From: Eledone cirrhosa | Lineage: Eukaryota | DNA: 64,000 nucleotides | Direction: 5' to 3' | Assembly: GCA_964016885.1 (NCBI GenBank) | Contig: OZ024743.1 | Coordinates: 32,240,001-32,304,000, forward strand | Notes under the pieces: model-generated | Told to the model about the DNA's origin: nothing | Databases searched by the model: none | The model's input: the letters and a program-made list of their open reading frames with translations, nothing else | Shown here: piece by piece, positions 25,740-39,929 of the stretch | How positions within the stretch are numbered: position 1 is the stretch's first letter | How the letters are laid out: every line of letters starts with the position of its first letter | Position numbers and translations under genes: made by a program

Positions 25740-25955
25740 TGGCCTCCATTGGCAGTATCGATAGAGCGTCAGACACTATGCTCGTGACATTGAGTTATGT
25801 CCCTTTACATTCTGAGTTCAAATCCTGCTGAGCTTAGCTTTTCATTTGCTCCTTACAGGGTCAATAAAATAAAGTACCAGTAACACAGTGAGGTTGACAA
25901 TCGACATCCCTTTCTTAAATTGGTTGGCCTTGTGTCTAAATCAGAAACCCTTATT
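25740..25955 (+). mobile_element. SINE family 1, diverged copy
   Basis: tggcagtatcgatagag, gagttcaaatcc, aataaaataaagtaccag. Confidence 0.8.
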
Positions 25956-26314
25956 TAAAGTAAACCTTACTGTCGCTGCTGTGAAGTTCCTTTCTCAAAT
26001 GTAGGCTTAGGCAAGATTATTTTCTTATATAAGACCAACAGTTGCCCATACAGAAAATTTTCCCTCTCCATCTCACTAATGTTTTCCACAGAAAAGGCCA
26101 TCCCCAATACACTTTAGTACCAGTGTTGGCACAGGCATATCCAGAATCTAAAGGTGCCAGAACAAATACTATAAGGTATTTTGTCTAATGATTTAACAAT
26201 TTTACCAATCCAACTCTCTAGACTGTTACTTTTTTTCATTGACTCCCCCATGAAGGATATAATTCAAAGTTCACTGCAGCAGAATTTGAACTTTGAATGT
26301 AAAGTACCAGAGGA

Positions 26315-26349
<35 letters not shown>

Positions 26350-26479
26350 TTACCTTTACTGTTTGTCTTAGCAGTTCAATAAATACAGAGATAAAATAAG
26401 TCCCAAACTTCAAAAATGAGTAATAGGGTTGATACGATTGATTAAATCCTTTCAAAGAAACACCCTAGCAAGGCCTCAG

Positions 26480-26760
26480 TTTCTTCTTCTTTGCCCACTT
26501 ATTCCTGGGAGGGTCGTGGGGGCAAAGTCGTCAAACACTCCTTACAATGGGTCCTGTCAGAAGCAACCATCTTCAACTGATCGAACTGGATCCCCAAGTG
26601 AGACCAGCCAAGCTCAAGGATGTTATCCAACCATTTTGCTCGGGTCTACCCCTGGGTTTTGCCCATAAAATCTGTCCAGCAATTCTTTCCTGAGACATTC
26701 TAACCACATGTCTATAGTACCAGAGCTGTGATCTTTCAATTCAGAGAAATAGCAGCCCTA
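26480..26760 (-). mobile_element. Old RTE-like 3' fragment with (GAA)n tail; related copy at about 37140-37300
   Basis: cttcttct tail, tgggggca..gtcgtca.acac shared between the two copies. Confidence 0.5.
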
Positions 26761-26899
26761 CCTGGCCTCAGTTTAATTACTGAAATTATAAAAAGAATAA
26801 AAGAACAAAATATTTTATCCAATTCCAATGCTCTAATGATTTTAGCAACCACTGATATATACATTGACATGAATACACATACACACATTTAAGAAATCA

Positions 26900-27072
26900 T
26901 GTTGGTTGTGGTAACGGTAGTGGTATTAATAGTAATAGCAGTGGTGGTAGTGGTGGTGGCAGCAGTGGTTGTGGTAGTGGTGGTGGTGGTGATGGTGGTT
27001 GTAGTAGTAGTAGTAGTAGTAGTAGTAGGAGTAGGAGTAGTAGTAGTAGCAGCAGCAGCAGCAGAAGCAGTA
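26900..27072. repeat. Compound trinucleotide microsatellite (GTG/GTA/GCA)
   Basis: Direct reading. Confidence 0.9.
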
Positions 27073-27532
27073 ACTGAATTCTAGTGATTGTTATCAGGTA
27101 TCTGTTGGAATTGCAATGCTTGCTTTGCACTGGATATCATCTGTAAGAATGACAAGTCAATGTATCAATTCTGCCAGCTGTGTTCCTTGAATGATCTAAC
27201 AGGCTTACAACATGACAGGGTAGCTACCATGATGGAATCTAAGAAAGACAGAGTTGATGCATCTCTTTCATACAGTTCTTCATATACATGACTTGTTAAA
27301 CTAGTAAATTTCCTCATAAACCTATACACTTGTAGTTCTCCTGTTGAATTTATTAAGTTGTTGTTTCTTTTTGTTACATGTTATTGTTGTTGTTACTGCA
27401 ACAATAGAATTAGACAATATCACAAAAGTAATAGTAATAGTGATTTCTGATTTTGGAACAAGTCCAGCAATTTTGAGGAAAGGGAAAGTCAATTATATCA
27501 ACTATATATATATAATAATAAACAATATATAA

Positions 27533-27722
27533 TAATTGTTTCTACGTTAGGCACAAGGCCAGCAATTACCCAGTGCATTACTGGTACTTTATTTTATCGA
27601 CCCCATAAGGATGAAAGGCAAAGTTAACCTCGGCGGGATTTGAACTCAGACCGTAAAGGGACGTAACTATGCTGGAAAGCATGGCGTCCAATCCTCTACC
27701 GATACTGCTAATCAACCGCCCT
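27533..27722 (-). mobile_element. SINE family 1
   Basis: Close match to 12384-12571. Confidence 0.9.
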
Positions 27723-28272
27723 CATATATATACTATATATAATAATAATATATATATCAACTATATATAATAATAATAAATGTGAAGACTAAAATCAAAA
27801 GAGAGCTCGATATATCAAATATATAAGAACAGATTAAAGTTTAAGCAAAGAATCACTGCTTTCACCCTTAACAGGATCTTCTGAAACTCGTAGATATATA
27901 TATATATATATATATATATGAATCATCATCATCACCATTTAATGTACATTTTTCCATGCTTTTTATATATATATAGTATCGTCATCATCATTGTTTAATT
28001 ACCATTTTCCATGCTAGCATGAGTTAGACATTATGAAAAAAGTCAGATCAGAAGACCACTTATTGCTCATATGAATCTGTAATTTGGCTTGGTTTCTATG
28101 GCTGGATGTTCTTCCTAACACAAACCACATTACAGTGTGGACATGGTGCTTTTATTGTGGCTCCCAAACAACCATTTAAGAGGGTTGACTGGGTGCTTTT
28201 TGTTGTGTCACCAGCACAACCCCTTTACAGGGTGTACTGAGTGCTTCTTTCATGTCAAACACACACACATAC

Positions 28273-28313
<41 letters not shown>

Positions 28314-28743
28314 AGGAAGATCAGATGTGTTGATAATACAACTGTATAAGGCAGCAGATATTCAAAGTTCAAATGTGATTTTATTATCCACAGTAAGATT
28401 GGCAAAAGATAGTTCAGAGTTAAATCCAATTTGTAAATTTCCAATCATAGTAGTTTTACAACAATCACAGAGTTTATATAAATGAATAAATAGATAACCA
28501 AAGTTTAATACATTATTTAATTGAATTACACCTGTTTCATTCAAATACAGAAGTAGGTAACATTCTATTCGCCTGAAAGGGATCCATCAGAATCATTAGA
28601 TAATATAAAAAAAGATATTGAATGTCTCCAAACACAAACAATTCAGAAAATATAAACAAGCTTTACACATTGTAGGGAAAACATTAAAAATGACAGACGA
28701 CTAGATGTGCAAATTAAAATTTTTAGCAACACATATATTATAT

Positions 28744-29052
28744 CAGGGGTCCCCAACCCTCAGCCCGTGGGCCACATCCGGCTCGCAAAGGGTTTCAATT
28801 TGGCCCACGTGGGCCTTTATCCTACCCGTGAGGGTTCTAAAAAGGGTACAGTTTGCAATAAATTCACACCCGATCTATCGATATTGCCGAATAAAACAAT
28901 ATTTAAATGTATTTTTCTGCTTAGGACAGCTCTAAGTATCAATATTGAATTTTGTTTCAAATCTAACATAAGGGATAAATAAATGATTACTTATTTGTAT
29001 ATAAGTAGTATTAATTGCGCATCCCACGGACCCAAAAGGTTGGGGACCCCTG
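28744..29052. mobile_element. hAT (Charlie-type) MITE
   Basis: 15-bp TIRs CAGGGGTCCCCAACC / GGTTGGGGACCCCTG; 8-bp flanks tattatat / tactatgt (6/8 match). Confidence 0.85.
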
Positions 29053-29524
29053 TACTATGTAGTGGCTAGTGTTATAATTGATACTTGTATTTTGACTTGA
29101 ATTAACATTAAAGGGGTGAAATTAGGGCTTATCAATTTAATAACGTTATTAATTAAAGTTACAATTAATTTTAATTTGGAATATATATTATGTTATGGAG
29201 TCATTCAGCATGTGGCTGGTAAAAAAATATCTTTTTTATATTATTTAATGATTCTGATGAATTCCGTGCAGAGGAATTCAATGCTACTGCCTTCTGTATT
29301 TGAAGAAAACGTATGTAAATAAATTAAATAATGTATTAAACCATGGTTATTTATTAAATAATGTATTAAACCATGGTTATTTATTTATTAATTGTATATA
29401 TCATCATCATCATTTAACATCTATTTTCCATGCTTGCATGGGCTAGACGGGTCATCCCATTTAAGGTAAGTTGGGTCAAGTGCCCATGTTTTACTCGTAT
29501 AGGACTTATGCATCTGTTAGTTTG

Positions 29525-30020
29525 TACAGGGTGTTCACAATTAGATTATGAGCTTACTGTGTATATACACATAGCATAATGTTTTATCAGACACAACTGC
29601 AAACCATCTTATGAATAAATTGGAAAGATCATATTAAGGATAATAAAATTCCTGATCAGACTAGACTCAACAGCTCGGAAAATACTGTTATATTGCCAGT
29701 TGTAACGAGTTGACCATACTCAAATCTTGTTAGATCATTGGCTGTCAAAGATATTATTTAGAGAGAATTTCCAGAAGAAACATATACAGTAGAGGTTCTA
29801 AGGCAATGAAACAGGGATCAACTAAAGCAAACTATCAACAGTGTTATACTGTGGTTGATGTAACTGATCCTCTGCTTCAAATGAGAAATACCACATTGAA
29901 TGTAACTTCTTTGAACATTGCTATAAAGAGGAGGCAAAATTTAGAGGGTGCAAATGGGAGGAAGGGTTGAAAACCGCCGAATTCAGGAATCAAACCATTG
30001 ACAATGGTGATCATGATGAT
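29525..30020 (+). mobile_element. Decayed RTE-like C-terminal fragment
   Basis: ..LQTIL*INWKD...IPD..; KDI..GEL-like and RDQLK segments; gat tail. Confidence 0.4.
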
Positions 30021-33000
30021 ATATATATATATACATGCATACATACTGACACATACACACATATACATATATATATATGATTTTTCCTTATATGAGGCTA
30101 CACAACAACAAAATGCAACAAACCTAATTTAACAAAACCACAGCACACAAAATACCCAGGAAAATAAAAGCCACAACAGAAAAAGCCCACCTACAAGAAA
30201 CTTTTCAATGGGCATCTTATTCCTCACAATATCAGACACATGATGAAAAAATATTTTTTTTTTTCCTTATGCAACCTACCTTACCCAATAAATAATTATG
30301 ACAAATCAAAACTAGCAAAAAACACAACACACAAAATAGTTACCCAATAAATTAAAATTTAAACCAACCTACTATATAGATACAAAGAGTATAAACTTTG
30401 TCATGTGTAAATATATATGTATATCATCATTTTACATCTCTTTTTGTATCTAATTTCCTATCTCATTTGTTGTGCTCATAGTTTTCAGCATTAATATATA
30501 CTGGGTGGGTGCCCTTCCCAACACCAGCAAGACTTTACAGCATGGACTGGGTGCTTTTATTCGTGCCACCAACACTAGACAGGTTATGTTACTGGACACA
30601 GGGGCCCTTTCTGCCTCTCCATTTTACAGCATGGACTAGGTGCTTTTATTCTTATATATATATATAACAAGGTTAGCAATTTGAAATACAGTTGCAACCT
30701 TTTTTCCCAGGTGAGTGGACTGGCAGAAAATGGGTTAACATTTTTGCACTATTTGATTCAGGAATCGAACTCATGGCATTATGATCATGAGCCCAACACC
30801 TTAACCATAAAGCCACAAGTCATCATTATATGTATACACACACACACACACATGCACATATATATATATATATATATATGTATGTAGAGAGAGAGTGGCA
30901 TAACCCTCCACACACACACACACATAAATTCTTCAAAAGTGAAGTGATATCATTTGTGATCTGATAAATCTTAATAATTACATACCTAAATTTTATAAAA
31001 TATTTATACAAATATCGATAGAATAATTATTCTTTGCAATTGTTTGGATCACATAATAATTAAATGTTTACTATGAGCTTTTATTTTGGAGAAAAATATA
31101 TATTGTATACAGAAATATTTTCTAAAGATAGATGTGAAGGGTAAAAAATACACACATGTATTCTAAAGTTGGTAAAAATATACAGAAATATATTCTAAAT
31201 TTGAATATAAGATAATGAAATAGACAGTAAACAACTCAAAAAAAAAAGAAACCTATTTATTTTTTGAAAAAAAAATTACACATTTTATTCTTGTGATTGC
31301 CAAGATTTGCAAAAGCAAGAAAGGAAAAATATAAATATGCATGGCAAATTATAGATTATTTTGTCTGAAATAAGCCAAGGAGATACAAAATAATTGATAT
31401 GATAGCTAAAGACGAGAGAAAGCGGATAGAGAAAAATAAGGAAGGAAAAAAAGAGTAAAATTGAGAAAAATTGTAAGAGAATTGAGCAGAAAATTAGTAG
31501 CATAAATAAAAAAAAAATAAAAAACAGAGGTTTTAATAGCAATATGACCCAAAGATATTCATGTGGGATTTCTTGTTAATCACCAAAACACAGAGAAATA
31601 ATTTTGAAATTCAAAAACGAAGAAAATATTCCTGATCAACTAAGTTTATTAGGACAAAAATAGTTTAGTTTAAAACTAAAATAAGTAACAGCAAAAATAC
31701 TATTATCTCAAATAGAAATACACATAGAAGAACTAGAGAAAACCAGGAGAAGCAACATTATTAGGAAAGTTTAAAAAATGCAGAAAATTGCTTGTGGGTA
31801 TTCTAGAAATATATTTTCATTAAGCAATTTTATAAATAGTGAACAGGTTTTATTATATTCTGGTTGATAGGAAAATAAATCAGATCTTCTACTTGATATA
31901 CAAATTCTCACTCACCAACTTACTACAACTACCTGTCTATCTCTCTCACTCTCTCTCTCTCTCCTTTCTGTGTATTCCTCTATCGCTACTCTTCTGAACT
32001 CACTGTCATCATCATCATTGTTTTTGTTTAATATCCATTTTTCCATGCTAGCATGGGTTAGACAGGTTTTCCTGTTTGAGGCATGTTGAGTCAGGTGACT
32101 GTGTCTTGCTCAGACAGAATTTTTCTGTATACAAACTTTACATAAATTTACCTGTCAGTCATTCTTCTCATCCTTCTGAACCTTACTGTTTAGGCCCTGC
32201 CCTAAATACATTGACAAGTTCTTTTACCCTATAACTGCAATGCTATAGAAATCAACTCGTCCCTAAGATTTTCCTCAAACACTAACTTTCTGAAAATTGG
32301 CTATTTTCGAGTCTCTGTAAGGGTCCAATGCAACTGTCCCTACCTTGGGCAGAAAATAGACAGGTGTTGGCCCTGGACACAGGATACCACATGGTATAGT
32401 GATTTGAACCATCAACTCTTTGACTGTCCAGTTAACTCACACCCTGATAAAAACAAAGTCAGCTGCAACTTCCAGTGACTTGATAATTAATCAAAACAAG
32501 GTTAGCAGTCCTTTGCTTAATATCCTAACATCAATTCCAGAAAAACAATGGAAAACATTTTATTTATTTCCCTATCTATTTATTTATATATTCCTATTTG
32601 ATGTCTTGTTTTGTTTTACTTCTTTTATATAGTCTTGGTTTTGGTATTTATTTATTCATTTTTGTAATCTCTTCAATGCTTTGTAATTATCAAATTGGCA
32701 GAGAGAGTTTTTATTTTTGTAGTTTTTTTAGTTTTTTTTTAAATTCAATCTATGCATTTTCTGGTTGATTTGGAATTGTTGCTCTTAAAAATCCATTTCT
32801 CCATCTCTTCATCTTCTTTCAACTAATCATCTCTCCTACTCACCTTCTTCTTCCTTCCCTCTCCTCCTATTTTCTTGTTCTTTTTCCTTCTAAACTTCTT
32901 CTTCTGACATTCAATACCCTCCCACTCCACATCATGCAACAACATTTGGTTTTGATGTCCGCCACATAAATCACTGCTGACGTAACCTCTGCTCACCATA

Positions 33001-34028
33001 GTTATTATGTTCTGGAGAAAAGTTCACAATACAGAAAGTTATAAAGAATTTTTTAAATATTAAATATATAAAAGAAAGCTCTGATTCAAAGCATAAAGAT
33101 CTCATTAAAAACTACTGATTCATTGGTCAAACAGTATAAGATCGATGATTTTATATGGAAACTTATACAAACAGCCACGTTAGTCATTGATATATTAATC
33201 AAAGACAGGGTGAAGAAGAGAGAAAGAGGAAGGAAAGATGAGCAGAAAGAGTGAGGGATGGAGAGAGAGGGGTGTGAGACGGAGAGAGGGGGGGAGGAGA
33301 GAAACGGAGTAATAGAGATACTAATAACTATGATAGAGTAGCAGAGAAAAAAACTAAGGGGCTTATATCCTGTCACTTATATTGTTTTGTGTTCAAGGCC
33401 AAGACACTTAACTCCCAACATTCCAGTATATGTAATTGTAAGTAAGTAACACTGTCAAGAAGAGGGGTATCTAGGACCCTTTTTATAGCCTCCAAGGATG
33501 ATAAAAGAGGAGGAATAACTTTGTAGGAATAACAGATTGGAGGATTCTGCAATGTTAATAGGTAGATCAGAAAGCTCAGCTGCAATTAGGAAGTAAACGA
33601 GCTGGGTATCCCTTCTCTAGTCTGTCCACTGGGACTGCAGAGTGGCCAGTGTGTGGGCCACTATTTGCTCATAATAGTGAGAGATGGGGAGAGCAGGAGA
33701 GACAGAGGCAGTGAACATGGGTGTTTGGTTCTTTGGTGTTCAGGTCTGGTGTATATGTTTCATGGGGACACAGTGGTGTATTAAACCAGTGTTAAACTAG
33801 TTAGTCTATTTTTCAACAGATCATTTGGTTACTTTTCTTTCTTAAAATGGATGATACAAAAATTACTTATCATCATCATTACTTAATGTCTCCGAATTGG
33901 GGATTATAGGTGACTTATAATCTTGAATATAATATATTAAAGATATCATAAGACACAACCAATGTACCTTCTAAACTGCATGGATGTATGACCTGCTGTT
34001 TCCATTCAGTAGCTTAGAATTTAGAATA

Positions 34029-34236
34029 CTAGAATTTGTTTCAACACACTGACGTAATGTGTATATGTATGTGCATATGTTTATGTGCATGTGTTTATGT
34101 GCATACGCATACATTTATATGAATGACTATATAAATATAAACGCACAAACACAGACACACTTACAAAAATACACACTCACAGACATTGTGTGACAGACGG
34201 ACAGACAGATAGAAGTCACTCAAATTTATATATAGA
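34029..34236 (-). mobile_element. Possible non-autonomous Helitron
   Basis: Minus strand A|TCTATATATAAA...(GTCT)n-like...CTAG|T; no clear subterminal hairpin. Confidence 0.4.
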
Positions 34237-34838
34237 TGTTTGTGTAAAGCATTAAACATTCCACTCAGTGATGAGAAAAATTTAGAGTGAACGTTAAACA
34301 CAACCTCTGAATGGTATTATATTAAAAGTAACACATGAAGTAGAAATTATAACTGTTATTAACCATATAAGCTGAAGACAACATGGTTATCTGCTTCACC
34401 CAGTATTACAATACAGAAACTGAATCAATAAGATTCAAAGGCATAACTGTGGGATCAGTAATCCAGCATCTTAGCAATTGCATGATTAAAAAGAAATATG
34501 CAAGTGATAAATAAATTTGGCAATAAAACCTATTGAATGTAAGAGCATTTCGCAGAAAAAAGAAAAGTTATTGGAAAAGATGAAAATAAAAATAATTAAA
34601 ACAAAAATAAAATGAAACTTAAAATAATAATTGTGTAAAATGAGAAAATGTTTACCATGAGAAGATATTTTTGAATAGTAGGAATCAACAGACGAGAAGA
34701 AAAATATGAAAAGTTAATTATGAGATAATAAACAAACTAGGAATTTACTTATTACAAAAAATAATGGTAAAAGAGTTGGTTGAATGGAGGGAAACTGATA
34801 AATCTACACATCAATCTACATCTTTTTTTTCTCTCTAA

Positions 34839-34902
<64 letters not shown>

Positions 34903-34906
<4 letters not shown>

Positions 34907-35245
34907 TCATCATCATCATCACCGTTTTACGTCCGTTCTTCCACGCTGGCATGGGTTAGACGGGTTGTCCTGTTGTGGGCAGTGTCTGGTCGGCTGACCA
35001 TGCCTTGCTCATACAGGAACTGATTTGGCTTGATTTCTACAGCTGGATGCCCTTCCTAACACCAACCTCATTTACAGTTAGTGCTGGGTGCTTTTTCGTG
35101 GCGCCTACACGTCCACTTTACAGTGTGGGCTGGGTGCTTTTTTGCCGTGGCGCCTCCACGACCACCTTGCGGTGGGGGGTGTGGGGGCATATTGTCTATA
35201 TGCTTCAGCAAGTACCCATGGGAGGTCGGGTACTCTGTATTACCC
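34903..35245 (-). mobile_element. RTE family B 3' end
   Basis: Reverse complement of about 43160-43503. Confidence 0.9.
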
Positions 35246-35259
35246 ATATATATATATAT

Positions 35260-35512
35260 ATTAGGAAGGGCATCCAGCTGTAGAAAATCCGCCAGACAGT
35301 CCACGCTGTAATGTGGCCGTGTAGGCAACACGGTAAAAACCTCCCAGCCCCACACTGTAAATGTGGTTGGTGTTAGGAAGGGCATCCAGCTGTAGAAAAC
35401 CCGCCAGACAGTCCTATGCGAGCAAGACAACCACTCTTGCCTCAAGTGGGAAAACTCCCGTCCAAACCCATGCAAGCGTGGAACATGGACGTTAAACGAT
35501 GATGATGATGAT
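35260..35512 (+). mobile_element. RTE family A 3' UTR (variant with internal duplication)
   Basis: ttaggaagggcatccagctgtagaaa present twice; same variant at 52366-52840. Confidence 0.9.
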
Positions 35513-35518
35513 ATATAT

Positions 35519-35811
35519 GTAAGAGGGATAAGTTGTGATGTGCAGGAGAGAAGACTGAGATGGTATGGACATGTGATGCGCATGGAGGATGACCGCTGGG
35601 TGAAGAAGTACCAAGAAATCCTAGTAGAAGGAAGACGCAGTAGAGGAAGACCACAAAAAACATGGGCTGAGGTGATGAGAGCAGACCTCATATTGCTGAA
35701 ACTCACGGAGGAGATGACGAAGGACCGTGACAAATGGAGAGAGGCTGTGCTGAATAGGACTCGTCCCACTCTTGCAAGCAGGGAAAAGCAGACTTAAAAT
35801 GATGATGATGA
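35519..35811 (+). mobile_element. RTE family D 3' end (very short UTR)
   Basis: ORF 35540-35797 [14 protein letters not shown]...GRPQKTW; ends cttgcaagcagggaaaagc..aaaa(tga)n. Confidence 0.85.
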
Positions 35812-35825
35812 TATATATATATATA

Positions 35826-36100
35826 TCATCATCATCCTCGTTTAATGTCCATTTTTCCATGCTAGCATGGGTTAGACAGGCTGCCCTGTTTGTGGCAACT
35901 TGGGTCAAGTGAGCATTCTTGCTCACACAGAACTGTTTTTGGCTTGGTTTCTACAGCTGGATGCCCTTCCTAATGCCAACCACATTTACAGTGTGTGGTG
36001 GGTGCTTTTTGTTGTGATTCCAACACAACCACTTCCCAATGTGGGCTGAGTGCTTCTTGTCGTAATACCTACACAACCACTTTACAGTGTGGGCTGGATA
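35826..36100 (-). mobile_element. Older RTE-type 3' UTR fragment
   Basis: gctggatgcccttcctaa motif, ccatgctagcatggg, (cat)n. Confidence 0.75.
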
Positions 36101-36691
36101 TATAGCAATGTGAAAAATATGGAGTGTTTTAATCAAGAACACTACAGGCTACATGGTCAAGAAATTGAACTGACAACATTATGATTTTAAGTCCATCACC
36201 CAACTCACTTGGCCATGACCATCACATTTAACTTTAATCATATATATACAAATATATAGTCTCAGGTCCCAAATAGGGGGAGTTGGAATAAGCAGTTGGC
36301 AGAATAAGTAGGTGAAATATGTGGGAGTGTTGGAATAAGCAGGGGGGGGGGTGAGCTTGGTGGAAAATCTTTCTAGGCTGTCTCTGTCGATTTTTTTTTT
36401 ACAACCAGAATTAGTCATTTAGTTTACATATTGAGATCTCCAAGCCATCCTATTTGTTTTATAACCTATGGGACTTCATGTAATGTACTTCTTTTGTCAT
36501 GTATAATGTTTTTAATGTCTACAGAAAATTAATTGTTGAAAGAATGCTACCACTTCAAATAAAATTTCCCTGGAGATAGATTAGTAAAATATAATAAGTT
36601 GGGGGTTGGAATAAGAGCAGGGATGAGGGAAATCTGAAAAATTAATAAGCATGGGGTGGGGGGTGGGGGGCAATTATTCAAGACTAGAGGG

Positions 36692-36734
<43 letters not shown>

Positions 36735-36735
36735 C

Positions 36736-36832
<97 letters not shown>

Positions 36833-37469
36833 GTGTGTGACAGAGAGAGAGAAAGAGATAGATAAGTGTGTGTGTGTGTTTTCATGTGAATAGTAGGCAA
36901 GATTAATGGTCAACAACAACAACCCTTTGAATTCCACAATTAATAATTCTATGCAATCAACCTACTGATTACCAGCCTTAATTAATTTTATTATCATGAT
37001 TCTGGTATGCTATCAATAAAAATTTACTAAGTAATCCAATGATTATTCCCTTAATAGTTCTCAGACAAGACAGAGTACAAACAGTTTAATTACTCCTTCA
37101 AGAAATTTTATATAACTCCTCCTCATCTTCTTTGTCATCATCATCATCTTCTTCTTGTGAGAGACATGGGGGCAGAATCGTCAGACACACCTATCAGAAG
37201 TAGCTAGTTCTAAATAATCCAGCTAGATCCCCATGCGAGAAGAACTGAGCTTTTGAATATTATCCAACAATCTTGCTCATGATCTACCTTCAGCGATATC
37301 TTATCTCCCTTATAAGGTATATATATTTAAGTTATATGATGTCTGAGGGTGAATAGCTCGGAGATCTTATAACTTAACAAAATATTTCCTATCTATCATG
37401 GAGCTCCGTCATCCTCTGTTTGTGGGTCATCACTATGTACAATAAATCTCTTTTATTATTTTATCAAAA

Positions 37470-37889
37470 GGGCGGTGGATTGGCAGTATCGGTAGAGGGT
37501 CGGACCCCATGCTTTGATGCATAGAGTTACGGCCCTTGCCATTTTGAGTTCTTCAAATCCTGCCGAGGTTAACTTTGCCTTTCATCCTTACGTGGTCGAT
37601 AAAATAAAGTACCAGTAATACACTGGGGCAATTTCTGGCCTTGTGCCAAAAGTAGAAACAATTATTTTATCAAAAGGCAGTGGATTGGCAGTATCAATAG
37701 AGCATTGGACAACATGCTTTGCGGCATAGAGTCATGGTCCTTTACATTCTGAGTTCAAATCCCACCAGGGTTAGCTTTGCCTTTCATCATTATGAGGTCG
37801 ATAAAATGAAGTTCCAGTAAGCACTGGGATTGATTTAATCGACTTGCCCCTCGGCTAAAATTGCTGGCCTTGTGCCAGAAGTAGAAACA
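37470..37889 (+). mobile_element. Two tandem SINE family 1 copies (37470-37660, 37676-37889)
   Basis: A/B boxes, shared body; attattttatcaaaa occurs three times (37455, 37661, 37890). Confidence 0.9.
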
Positions 37890-38112
37890 ATTATTTTATC
37901 AAAACTGTTGCTATATATTCCCTTTGATTAATAAAGACCTTTTTTGCCATCGTTTCTGAGAAGCTAGTAGATAAGGTGCATTGGCAATGACAAATCTACC
38001 ACATACAGATATATACATACATATCTACATATATATATGTATGTATATATATATATCTGTATGTCGTTGACAACTGAGAGAAAAGAGTACTTAATACCAA
38101 AGTAGAATTTTA

Positions 38113-38234
38113 ATATTCATTTTATTAAGGCTAAATAGTGAGTCTTGTTACTCTGGAGTTTTGCCTATTTATCACAGGGTCATCTTGTCTGATGAGTTAC
38201 AAGACTCGCTATTTAGCCTTAATCAAACGAATAT
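38113..38234. mobile_element. Small fold-back element (about 40-bp arms); homolog at 12358-12650 is split by a SINE
   Basis: attaaggctaaatagtgagtcttgt / acaagactcgctatttagccttaat; CTGATGA at 38189. Confidence 0.65.
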
Positions 38235-38467
38235 ATATATATGTGTGAGTGAGAGTGTGTGTGTGCCTGTGTGCATGCATGCGTGCCTGTGTACACTGGA
38301 TTGAATGGTATGAACCTCAATGCACTGCAGCCAGAGTGATTTCCAGAGGTTAACTGAGGAGATATAATGGTTCATCTTTCTGTTCCTTTCTCCTTTGCCT
38401 TTGTCTTGCACGTACCCTATTTTGAATTCATATTCGAATGACTAAGTCTCGTAGACTTTTTTTAAAC

Positions 38468-38501
<34 letters not shown>

Positions 38502-38632
38502 TAATTCTTTATAATGAGATCGACCTAACACATCAAGTGTGTGTCTGAGGATTGAAAAATATTTCGTTATACTGAAAAATTTGTGATAATGGTATTTGTT
38601 ATAACGGAATTTTACCTACATATATATATATA

Positions 38633-38823
38633 TAATAGTAGAACACTGGCGGTTTATATCCATAGTAGTAGAGCACTCAGTCCATGGGACGAGTTTGGTA
38701 TAAGTAGTTCCACAACAGTTATTCCACCAAACCAAGAACAAATGTTTCACCAAGCTGATGATCGGCATAAGGTGAAACATTTGTTCTCAGTATGGTGAAC
38801 TAACTGTTGTGGAACTACTTCTA
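38633..38823. mobile_element. TA-flanked fold-back module with hammerhead motif
   Basis: Arms 38702-38751 / 38771-38820; CTGATGA 38755-38761, GAAA 38774-38777, catttg TT ct. Confidence 0.65.
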
Positions 38824-38893
38824 TGTATATGTGTGTATGTATGTATGTATGTATGCATGTATGTATGTGTATGTGTGTATATATATATATATA

Positions 38894-39152
38894 TGGAGGT
38901 GCCACGGCAAAAAAAGCACCCAGCCCACACTGTAAAGTGGACGTGTAGGCGCCACGAAAAAGCACCCAGCACTCACTGTAAATGAGGTTGGTGTTAGGAA
39001 GGGCATCCAGCTGTAGAAATCAAGCCAGATCAGTTCCTGTATGAGCAAGGCATGGTCAGCCGACCAGACACTGCCCACAACAGGACAGCCCGTCTAACCC
39101 ATGCTAGCGTGGAAGAACGGACGTAAAACGGTGATGATGATGATGATGATGA
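38894..39152 (+). mobile_element. RTE family B 3' UTR
   Basis: Near-identical to 43246-43503. Confidence 0.9.
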
Positions 39153-39863
39153 TATATATATATATACAGAGGACAACAATGAACAAACTGGAGAGATGAA
39201 ATGATAGATTTGACAAAACTGGAAATTGTGTACCTAAAACCAAAAGTTATGGAGAGAAAATTAGGTAGGCAAAGACTGATTTGATTGATTAGTATATTTG
39301 AAGATATAAAAAAAATTGTTTGAAATAGAAATCATAATGAAAAATAACAGATACATTGAATGCACAGAAGTTTTAATACTTTATCTCATCACTAAAAAAA
39401 TATTCTTTCAAATAACTTAATCAGATTTTGCTTATATGTGACTTTTAGTGTGTCTGGCACTGTATGTGTCAGTCTCTGTCTCTCTGTGCCTATCTTTTTG
39501 TGTGTGTAGCTGTCTGTTTGCTTTTTTTTTTCTTAATTTTTTTTTTTTTTGGACAGGAGAAATCTATCTCTTAGAGAAACTAGTTTTAATGACCTAATAA
39601 CATATTTTTAACTAAACTTGATTATATGACTAACAGACATACAGGAATCAAACGTACAGGAATCAAATCATAGCTTTTCAAAGATAATTAAGATATATAT
39701 ATATACACACACACACACACATACATATATATATACATTTATATATATATATATACACACACACATATTTATATATATATATATATATATATTTATATGT
39801 ATATATATATATATATATATACACACACATATTTATATATATATATATATATACACACACACA

Positions 39864-39925
<62 letters not shown>

Positions 39926-39929
<4 letters not shown>

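Noticed and set aside
26897-27291. Poly-L/P/V ORFs and a Cys-rich 67-aa ORF
   Set aside because: The first are trinucleotide repeat translations; the Cys-rich ORF has no recognisable domain or splice support
27848-27890. Minus-strand CAGAAGA...GAAA hammerhead-like remnant
   Set aside because: Both the core and the UH site are mutated; too degenerate to call
31180-31900. A-rich segment suggestive of a LINE ORF1 remnant (SPKHREIILKFKN)
   Set aside because: Too decayed to assign
38540-38585. CTGAGGA...GAAA
   Set aside because: No supporting stems
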